A stretch of DNA of 64,000 bases, from contig NC_087436.1 in assembly GCF_036321535.1 (NCBI RefSeq), forward strand, positions 12,524,001 through 12,588,000, read 5' to 3'. Below, one piece after another: positions 54,263 through 64,000 of this stretch (position 1 is its first letter; the number at the start of each line of letters is the position of its first letter). The stretch is from Camelus dromedarius. Taxonomy: Eukaryota. Below the pieces are notes generated by a model, which ran no database searches, was not told the DNA's origin, and saw only the letters and a program-made list of their open reading frames with translations. The position numbers and the translations under genes are program-made.

Positions 54263-54728
54263 TGTTACGGAAACGACAGGCCAGTCAAGAAGCAAGCACC
54301 ACTCGGAGGGTTGGAGTACTCAGATGTATTACGCCGGCGGGCTCAGAGGGGCTTCTGCTCCGAAGCTCTGAGCACCTCCAAGACGTGCGCATGAGGTTTT
54401 ATAGGGTAAAGTACAAGCTTGGGGTATTCGGCCAATAGGCATGGAACAGCTTTAGCAGCATTATCATCACAAAAGTGGAGGCGGGGAGGCAGCAAACCAA
54501 CATTCCAAAGCCAGATATGTATCTTTGAAAATCCAGCTGGCTAGCAAAAACACATAAACAGCAAACCAACACTAATTAACTTAGATTTACAAGTTGGTCC
54601 AGCGGAACTCAGATCAGTATGCCAATACTTAGACTTGTGAGTTACCTCGTTAGCCCAGCCCAGCCTCTCCTTCACATTCCTAGACTTGTGAGTTATCCTG
54701 TTAGACCAGCCCGGTTTTTTCCTTCACA
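54263..54728 (-). mobile_element. Young ERV solo LTR
   Basis: TG...CA ends, perfect 4-bp TSD CATG (54259-62 and 54729-32), many intact CpGs, and an antisense TATA (ttttatag). Confidence 0.9.
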
Positions 54729-55755
54729 CATGTATTTAGTTTGGCTCATTTTTTTTAACATTTACTGAGAACTCCTATCAGCAGGAGCTAATATTGACAC
54801 TGGATGAAAAGGTAAGTAAGACTTAGCCTCTGTGCTCTCAGTTTGAGGGGTTCCAAAAAAGTGCTCACACTAATGGGACCCCAGGAGAGCCTCATCTGAG
54901 AGGTGTCACCATGTCAGGGATTGACCTCCCCCTGCAGATTCAGCCGTTCATTACTGCCAGGCCCCTGAGTGTGAGTCCGCCTCTCCAGCTTGGATTTACA
55001 CAAGTTAAGCGCATTAAAAGTCAGACATACAAGCTAAATTAGCCAAGGGTTTAGCAATGCGAAGAAATATGACTGCCAAAGAACGCAGACATTTCTACTG
55101 GCTGGCACACTTAGGGAAACATCCCCTGGAAGTCAAATTCTAATTCAATGGCTAGCAGAAGTACTCAGGTCACAAGCTGGGGTGTGCAAAATATAGCTTT
55201 ACTTCCCTACAGCTTACCTGAACGTCTGTTAGGTACCGCATTTTCCCCAGTATGAGTCCTAAAATAATTAAATTGATTTGAAACTACCTGCCTTAAGTAC
55301 AAGCTTGTTTTTAGGAATCGTCTCAGAGAAATTCGATTTTTTTCCCTGTCTCGCTTATACAGGGTGACGTAACTCTAGGGCAAATGATTAGTCCCTGACA
55401 GCTGCTGGGACGTAGCCCCACTCAGTTTCTGGATGGTGTCACTCCTCTTCTTTGGGCTGTCGCTGTTTCCATGGGTGTCTGTCACAGAAACTTTTCTTGT
55501 TCTAACCTTGAAATCCTGGAGTCCAGCCCAATCTCTGACACAGGCCAGGTCCGCCCAGGCCTGCGGGTCTCTCTCAGCCACGCAGGAAGGAACTGGCTGG
55601 GGTTCTTCCTGAGGATGCCTCAGCCTGGTTTGTTACCCCTGGCAGCTCCGGGTAGACACCTCTACTCTCTTTCTGGGGTCCTACTGGCACAGGAGCTCTG
55701 GGTGGGGCTGACCATCTCTCAGGTCTCCAGGCAGAAAGCAGGACTCAAGTTATTC

Positions 55756-56377
55756 TGAGACAGGAGGGGGGCAGGGCACAGCCATTCAAGGAAAGCTACA
55801 GCAATTAACATCAAAATGGTGAAAGGTTCAACCCCCAGGAGGCCTTGAGGCTCTAGATGATGGGAGATTTAACCTCTATTAGACCTTGAGTGTCATTATA
55901 TGCTTATTATAATATGTTAGCATGATGAATAACATGCCTACAGGCACCATGGCAGTCCCAAGGCTAGCCACAAATGGTCAAAGAGTGGGAAATGGCCAAC
56001 TCCCTGGGAATCCCAGCCCCCTCCCCAGGCTACTTAGACTGGCCTGTCCGCTTATAAGCATATGAAGCCACTGAGCCCATAAAAACTGCGTGGCCGCCCC
56101 CTCTCCCTCTCTCTCCTTCTTCGGAGCTGGCCCACATTCTGTCTATGGAGTGTGTACCTACTTTTAATCTGAGCACCCAACCCCCACACCTCGTGGCCTC
56201 TCTCTTGCCTTTAAATGTTATCTCTCTGAATAAATCTACCTTCACTCAACGTGGCTCACTCTTGAATTCTTTCCTGCGTGAAGCCAAGGATGCATACTTG
56301 GCGGGGCACGTCCCAGGGGCTCAACCGAAGCCTGGGACACGGCCCTTCTCACACCTCACATCTGTTTTCCTACATCA
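55756..56377 (+). mobile_element. ERV1 solo LTR (family A)
   Basis: tgagacaggagggggcagggcacagcc...cataaaa...aataaatctacc...ttgaattctttcctgcgtgaagccaagg...catca, with TSD attc/gttc. Confidence 0.88.
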
Positions 56378-56573
56378 GTTCTACTCTTGGGTTTCCCAAA
56401 ATGAACCTAGGAAGTTCTACCAAGCACTCCCCCCGCCCCCTCGGCCACCCACCCAGTCACGCCCAAGTCTAGCAGCCTTTGCCAAGGTCTGACTCTTCTT
56501 CCCTGTCCAAGTCTGCCTTTCCCATCAGAGGCTCGTCTCCAGTCATGACTGGAAGAAAGATCATGCTTAGTCA

Positions 56574-57075
56574 TGTGAATGAAAAATACTGCAAGCCAGT
56601 TACTAAACAAAGAATTCTGTGGCCATCAAGTCATCAGCCCGCCACCCCCACCCGACAGTAAGCCTTGGAGGGAACTCAGCATATAGACAAGCAGGCAGCC
56701 CAGCCTCTGTAGCCACCCCCAGGGGTGCCCCCTGAGGGGACTCAAGATGGGAAAGCACAGGACACCTGCCCTAGAGAGCCAGGTGTATATCAAAGGAGTG
56801 ATTTCAATGAGCCCAGACCTTTGAACCTTCCCATACATAGAAAAGAACCAAATTCTTTAACTTGAGATGTCTAGCTTGCTTTAATTAACAGTAATCTTTT
56901 GATGTTCCAACTGCCTGGTCTTTGTTGTAAAAATTCTTATATATCCTGGCTCCTCCTTTACTCTTTGGAGGAGTCCCTCAGAGCCACCTGAGAGGCTGTC
57001 ACCGAGGGCTGAGTCCTCAGAAATGTCTGCCGAATAAAACAGAACTCTTGGTTGTGCATTTTATTTCAGTTGACA
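56574..57075 (+). mobile_element. ERV1 solo LTR (family B)
   Basis: TG...CA ends, perfect TSD GTCA, TATA (cttatata) and AATAAA. Confidence 0.9.
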
Positions 57076-57898
57076 GTCAGTCAATATTTTCCTCTTAATA
57101 TGTTTGTCCTATATCTAGGCTGCAACTTTTGACACCTGAAAGTTAAGAACATGACATCTTTGTTTTCCTTTGTCAACTCTGAGAACTCCTCTGAGAAAAT
57201 GCAGGCTTACATGTCAGAGCCAAATGAAGGAAGGCAATGAACTCAGAATGGCAATATATATTATTAATAAATATTAAGCACACTGTCTATGAGAAATTGA
57301 TATACCACCACCATAACAAGGAGCAATCTGCCTCAGGAACCAGAGCAGCTGAGGGCTGAAATACTCCAAATATTTTAAAAACCAGTAATGACCCATCAGA
57401 TGAGGCCCCTGATGGACTGGAAACCAGCCACAGGGAACTGGTTATCACCAGTCCTCACACAGGACACGGCCATTCCTGGAAGGGAAGCTTGAGTACTGCC
57501 CACTGAACTCTGTGGACAATTTTTAAAAACAGATCTGCAAAAACTGACAGATACTTGACAATCTAACGGTCGATAATAAAGATATTTTAGATTCAATAAA
57601 CAAAAAGACACAGAGAAAACACTTTGTTTTCACGTGATGTTCTATAACAACCAACTATGAAAGCCATTTACTAAGAAGAGAAAAGTGAAAAAAAAGTCAT
57701 TATCTAAGCGAAAGCAGATGTGAGCCATTTTGTGATGAAACGCTCCATTTTCCCTAGGGTATTCATCGCCCTTCCTAACAAAATATCAAACATGTGGTCT
57801 ACGGGGAAATTTGACCTCCACCAACCTGAGTTCACGGATTATGATCTTCCAGCCTCCAACTTGGGATAGAGCTGGAACAACGAAGAGACGTTCTGAAC

Positions 57899-58377
57899 TG
57901 TGAACAAAAAATACTGCAAACCACATCAGTAAACAAAGAATGCTGGAACCATCATGTCACTCGTGGCTGCTGCCACCCCCCAGTGAAGACAAGCCTGCAG
58001 CCCTGCCTCTGCAGCCACTCACAGTGGTGCACTCTGAGGGGACTCAGAATAAGAAAGGACAGGGTACTGGCCCTAGATAGCTGGTTGCTTGTCAAAGGAA
58101 TGAATTCAGAGAGCCCAAATGTTTGCTTCCTCCCATACATAGAAAAGCACTAAATTCTTTAACTTGAAATGCCTGGTTTTCTTTAGATAACAAGTAATCT
58201 TTTATTGTTCCAACTACCTGGTCTTTGTTGTAAAGCTCCTATATAACCTGGCTCCTCCCCTACCTCTTCAGAGCAGCCCCTCAGAGCCGTCTGAGAGGCT
58301 GTCATCCCAGCTCGAGTCCTCCCGCCAGATAAAACGTAACTCTCAACTTTTAGGTTGTGCATTTATTTCAGTCGATG
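57899..58377 (+). mobile_element. ERV1 solo LTR (family B)
   Basis: Homologous along its length to 56574-57075, with its own perfect TSD GAAC. Confidence 0.9.
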
Positions 58378-58801
58378 GAACCAACTCTGGTTTGCATCCT
58401 TTGAGCTCTGTAATCATGCAATGTTTTGTCACCCACGCCAGGAAGAAGTTGGTTAGCTGATAGGCATTGTAGCAACAAGGACTAATGGGGCCCTCTATTT
58501 GTAAAAATACTGAGCGATAAGCGGATGTGGATATTGAAAGGACACTGGCTTTCAAGATTGGTCATAATGAGAAATTATAGTGGGTGAATTTTTCCTGTTT
58601 TTAGACAAACCTCTATAAAATAATATTCATCAAGTAGTAAATATTGGAATAAACATTAAAAAATCCTACCCATGTTTTTTCAATTTTTAAATAAATGTAT
58701 TATTTTCAGTTATAAAATAATTTTTTCACATGATTTAGAAACTCAGTCTAGGATGTAATTTTCAAAACCAGATGTAAGTCCTTGAAGCACCTTCACCATG
58801 G

Positions 58802-58820
58802 TGGCCACTAGGGGGCTCCA
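58802..58820 (+). promoter_or_regulatory. Candidate CTCF site
   Basis: TGGCCACTAGGGGGCTCCA is near the CTCF consensus TGGCCACCAGGGGGCGCTA. Confidence 0.6.
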
Positions 58821-59020
58821 CAACATGGGACATGGAGCAGGAGCATCAACAGCAAAGCCACTCCAGGAACAAAGCTTAACTTGAAAACTGCAATTTTAAG
58901 GGGAATAGGTGCTATCGGTCATCTTCCCCAAAAAGTAGGGTTTGTTTGTTTTTAGGTTTAGTGCCTCCCAAACAGGCCTTCTTGGAGGGAAATATAAATG
59001 CTGTCAAAATAACAAGGGAC

Positions 59021-59247
59021 TCTGGTCTTAACCTGCCTACTCATATGCGGGAAGTTCAGAGTGCAGTCAACTGGCAGCCTTCACCTACAGCCTGGGATGA
59101 CAGGCCCTCAAAAAGCCCTGAGGGACGGTGTGGAAGACATAAGAGAGGAGTCAGGGCACACCAACTGGTGGTGGCTGCAGTGGCTCGTGGCTTTACAGCT
59201 GCAACATCCTTTGTTTACTGAAACGGCAGGCTAGGATTTAGTCCACA
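59021..59247 (-). mobile_element. Partial LTR related to family B
   Basis: The reverse complement starts tgtggactaaatcctagcctgccgtttcagtaaacaaaggatgttgcagc, resembling the 5' ends at 56574 and 57899. The left boundary is uncertain. Confidence 0.55.
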
Positions 59248-59719
59248 GGACTTTCAAATAAGCTGCAGACAATGGAAGAGTCAGGAATTACTGAGCCTCG
59301 TATTTATGTTCCCTGCTTAAGTTAGATTAGCTATCTCTTCCGACCAAGAAGATAAATATTCAGCTCTGGAGCCGGGAAGCCAGGCTGGGGTCCTGACTTC
59401 TGCCCACAGGATAAGTGCCCCTGGGTGTGTGTGGAGCAACACGCCAAGGTACCTGGACAAGCGTGCCAGCTGCTGCTTGAGTTGGGTGCCCTGACTGACA
59501 CCTCCCCTGTGACTTCCTCCATCCCTTCCAGCCAACTCAAGCTTTAAGGAACCTCGCCACCAAATGAGTCTTTGAGATGTGGGTACGGCAAGGAGTACGA
59601 CTCCTGGGCAGAGTGTGGGGAAGACTGGAGCAAAGTGAGGCCAGGCAGGGCATGGCAGCGGTAAACAGCAACATAAAAATCAGCCAGAGCCAACTGCGGC
59701 CGCACCCAGCAAGCAGTCC

Positions 59720-60376
59720 TGATACAGCAAAAATGGGGCATGAGAGCACAGCCAGGACCTAGGTTTTGGGCGAGTCCCTGGGATGCACCCCACCCAGTGG
59801 GGGTCCTTGGCTTCACGCAGGAAGAATTCAAGAGTGAGCCACAGTTGCCACAGTTGAGCAAAAGATTTACTCACAGACATGCACACCCCATAGCCCAAGT
59901 GTAGGCCATCTTAGAAGGTTAGAGAGGCCACGAGGCATGGGGGTGGTTAAAACAAAAGTAGATACACACTCCAGAGAGTGCGGGCCATCTCTGAAGGGGA
60001 GGGAGTGAGAGACCACGAGGCACAGTGCTGCTAGTTTTTATGAGCTCCTTTATTTCACATGCTGACAAGTGGGGGGATTATTCCAACTACTTTGGGGAAG
60101 GGGCTGGGATTCCCAGGAGCTTGGCCACCGCCCTCTTTTTGACCTTTTACGGTCAGCCTCAGAACGGTCATGGCACCTGCGGGAGTGCCGTTTACTATGC
60201 TGATGTATTACAATGAGCGTATAATAAAGCTCAAGGTCTGCAGGAAGTCAAATCTCTTGCCATCTTGGACCTCGAGGTCTATTAGGAGTTAGTTGACTTC
60301 TACGCCACCTTGGTGCTTGCTAACTGCTGTGTCATTCCTTTGATGGCTGTGCCCTGCCCCCTGCCTTCTTGTCTCC
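59720..60376 (-). mobile_element. ERV1 solo LTR (family A, inverted relative to 55756-56377)
   Basis: ccttggcttcacgcaggaagaattcaagagtgagccac and atggctgtgccctgcccc...ttgtctc are reverse complements of motifs in 55756-56377. Confidence 0.88.
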
Positions 60377-60679
60377 ATCCTGCCAGGTATCTGGATACTT
60401 GAAATGAGGTAGGCAAGAAGTGAGGGCAGACGATGGGCCGCAGAGACTGACTGCTCCTACCTGCGGCACCATTCAAACCTCCCAAAGGTCGCCAGGCAGA
60501 AAACAACCTGAGAGAGGTCCAGACGAGTTCTTCCGCAGAGGGACCTGGCGATGCAGTGTCCATGGAGGACTGGTCTCAGGGTTCCCATCTGCACCAAAAT
60601 CTGCCTGCTCAATCCCTTATATAAAACAGCCTGGTACAAGTCCTTCCTGCGGAGGTCTGACTCTGTAATGGACCTTGGG

Positions 60680-60880
60680 TCTGAGAGACCAGGACTCCAG
60701 GCCACCTTTGTAATTTACCGAGTAACCTGACAATTTTACTTTATGTGTCACAGCCTCCATTTCCTCCTGGAAATGGTAACACTATACCAACTGTGCAAAC
60801 TTACACACAGATAAAGCAGGCGCGTACATTACTGTCAAGTAGTAAGCACTCAGTAAATACTAGTTATTTTTATTATCATA
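60680..60880. mobile_element. MIR SINE
   Basis: tctgagagaccaggactccaggccacc...gcctccatttcctcctggaaatgg...agtaagcactcagtaaatactagttatt. Confidence 0.65.
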
Positions 60881-62639
60881 GTTGTTCTCCTGTTTTCTTT
60901 TTCATCTTCTCTGCACTCTCTAGCATTTGAAAGGAAGCTTCCCCTGCCATTTAGACCCGATTTCCTTCATGTCCTTAGAAGCTCAGTCCCGTTTTGGACA
61001 GGAAATCTGTGACTTATGGACTCTGAGAGGTACTGGAGGGTTAATTGAGGACAAAGCAAAGGAGGGGTTCATTCTTACACTTTTCAGAGGTAGCGGTCTC
61101 ATCATTTCCTGAACCAAAAAAAAAAAAAAAAAAATCAGGAAAATTTAAAAATTTTTTCACTGTAATCTTGGTACACTGTTGTTTTTATACATTCACAGAA
61201 TGCATTGACAAATTTACCAAATTTGGTCATGGTTTAAAAATGTCACTCATGAAACCTTTACAATATTATGGACATGTATCTTGGTGCCTTTTTTGAAATA
61301 AAATTCTGCTGCTTTTTGTGTCAACTCAAGGGTGATTAAGTTGTTCAAGTTTTCTAGTTCGTACACCAAGGGGTCACTAGAAATTAGCAAGTAAGTGCAA
61401 TAAAGATCCTTGACTTTTTCAAGTATAGGAATCTAAATGCAAGTGTTTCAGTCTATCAGACTAGAACGTTCTTTCACTGTATGAGTAATACATCCTTAGT
61501 AATTAATCCAAATCTAGATTTGGTGTATACACTACTTCCAAGAAGAAAGATTTATGTATTGGCACAAAAATGCAAATATTTGAAGTGAAAATGTGGAAGG
61601 TGGCCATCAGACAAGTGAAGCCTTCAACCCTGCTGACTTCTGGCAGCCGTCTGGCAAATTTACAATCAAAACTGGAACAGAACATAACAGAAGTCAAGGA
61701 GCCAAGGGAAGGGACGTTTAGGAAAACGTATTACTAAAAACAACGCTACAATGGTGTGACAGGTGTCTTGAGTAGATGCAATGTCTGGGAGGCCTGGACA
61801 TACTGGCCTCCCGAGGAATTCAGTTAGGTTATCAGCAATGTAAATAAGCTTTAAAGTATGTAAAATGCAAATGAATGGGCTGGTCATCCCTAGATCACTA
61901 AACTTGACAGGCAAACGGAATGGGGTTTATATGATAGAAGAACCAGAGCAATCTGCTTTTATCACTTCACTGAAATGGATTTAAAGCAATAAGGGGAAGG
62001 AAGGAATTCTGCAGTTATTCACTCATCCATTTCTTTAGTCAGCATGCATTTTTAGAGCACAGCTGATGTTCAGAGCATGACAGCGACCATCTAATGTTCA
62101 CTTCAGCTTTTTTTGTCACTAGTGTTGTCACTCATACCCCTCTGCCAGAAAGTAAATTCATCTTTCTGAATTACTTCTCCAGTCCAAATTCTTAGTGGTA
62201 CAGCCAATCTCTCACCTTTGGGAATCTTTCCTTAGACAGAAAAATAGCAAACATAAAGATACATGTACAAGAAAAATGGATTTCAGCTTTGTTTACAGGG
62301 GCAAAACCAGTAAAACAAAAGGAATATTCATCAGTGGGACTATGAATGAACATATTGTGGTTTATCTATGATATGAAATAGTATGTAGCCTTTTCCAAGA
62401 ATGAGCTACATCCATACCAATAAATTTAAAAGAATTTTACAATACAAAAGCAATATGGAGAGCTCTATGTATAATGAATTCTACTTTTGTAAAACAATGA
62501 TTTAAAAACTGCCTTAAAATGTGTGTTTATATATGACTACATACATTGGGAAAGATATGGAGAGATGCAGAGCTGGCAGTTAAAAATGACAAGGGAGGGA
62601 GAGGACATAGAAACAAAGATTTTAGATGCCCTGTCAATA

Positions 62640-63520
62640 ATAATGGCCAAGAGGCACATAAAAAATAAAAAGCCCAATATTGCAAATTATCAGAGAAATG
62701 CAAATCAAAACCACAGTGAGGTATCACCCCACACCCGTCAGAATGGCCATCATTAAAAAGTCCACAAACAATAAATGCTGGAGAGGCTGTGGAGAAAAGG
62801 GAACCCTCCTATACACTGCTGGTGGGAATGCAGTTTGGTGCAGCCACTATGAAAAATAGCATGGAGATTCCTTAAAAAAACTAAAGATAGAGTTACCACA
62901 TGATCTAGCGATCCCAATCCTGGGCATATATCCAGAGGAAACTCTAATTTGAAAAGATATATGTACCCCAATGGTCATAGTACTGTTTACAATAGCCAAG
63001 ACATGGATGCAATCTAAATGTCCACTGACAAATGACTGAATAGAGAAGATGTGGTATATATACACAATGGAATACTACTCAGCCATAAAAAAGAATGAAA
63101 TAATGCCATTTGCAGCAACATGAATGGACCTAGAGATTATCATACTAAGTTGGACAGAGAGAGACAAATACCATATGATAACACTTATATGTGGAATCTT
63201 AAAAAATGGCACAACTGAACTTATTTATAAAACAGAAACTGACTCACAGACATAGAAAATCAAGTTATAGTTATCAAGGGGGAAAGTGGGGAGGGATAAA
63301 TTAAGAGTTTGGGATTTGCAGATACTAAGTACTATATGTAAAATAGGTAAACAAGGCCCCACTGACTAGCACAGGGAACTATATTCAATACTTTATAATA
63401 ACTTACAATGATAAAGAATACAAAAAAGAACATATATGTGTGTATAACTGAATCAATATGCTGTACACCAGAAACTAACACAATATTGTCAATTGACCAT
63501 ATTTCAGTTAAAAAAAAAAA
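62640..63520 (+). mobile_element. 5'-truncated lineage-specific L1 (ORF2 C-terminus, 3' UTR, polyA) inside an older L1ME-like fragment (~62240-63710)
   Basis: cagagaaatgcaaatcaaaaccacagtgaggtatcac...ggagaaaagggaaccctcctatacactgctggtgggaatg...gccatttgcagcaacatg...ctgtacaccagaaactaacacaa...aaaaaaaaaaaa. Confidence 0.95.
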
Positions 63521-64000
63521 GATGTCATGTCAAAAACAGCACGCATTATATATCATTTAAGTAAAATTTAAGGTATGTGGTAGGTAGGGCATAAAATGTT
63601 AATGGTAATTATCTCAGGGTGGTGGAACTTTAGATGACTTCCACTTTCTACCTTATCCTTTGAATTTTTTAAAATTTACAGTATTTTTAAATTTTCAATA
63701 TTACAAAAATTTTAAAAACTGTCATAGTAACTCATCAGACCACGGATTTCTCACATTAGAGTCATTTTTAAAAGCCCTGAATACTGGGGTGCTTTCCGTA
63801 TTTCTTCCCACAAGAAGATGTGGGCTGATGATACTGATGTTGTTGCTGATTTTGACGCTGGCCACACGACTACAATATTACACTCTCTTCTACACATCCC
63901 GTTCACCTTATCATTTACTTGGGTTAATTTCACTAGGGAAACCAACATATTCATTAGAGCTTATGTAAATGTTATTCAGAAAGGCTGGAAGGAATCACTT

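Noticed and set aside
56574..58377. Two same-family direct LTRs resembling a deleted provirus
   Set aside because: Each LTR has its own distinct TSD (GTCA and GAAC), and the spacer shows no primer-binding site, polypurine tract or gag/pol sequence. They are independent solo LTRs.

Overview
Mammalian, most likely camelid, non-coding genomic DNA. The camelid inference rests on tRNA-derived SINEs of the Vic-1 type and the L1 3' UTR style. I found no intact host protein-coding exon; the listed ORFs are short or repeat-derived. The window is mostly interspersed repeats (L1, L2, CR1/L3, MIR, MLT1 and ERV1/ERVL solo LTRs, MER DNA transposons) and microsatellites, with a dense cluster of solo LTRs at 54.2-60.4 kb. 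The main finding is a ~1.6 kb decayed non-retroviral RNA-virus insertion at ~37863-39491 (+). By manual translation it is a complete but broken bornavirus-like matrix (M) gene followed directly by the 5' part of a bornavirus-like L polymerase gene, with no glycoprotein between them. The ORF track misses it because of stops and frameshifts. Comparisons to Borna disease virus 1 (BoDV-1) proteins and all repeat family names are from recalled sequence, not a database search, and need confirmation.
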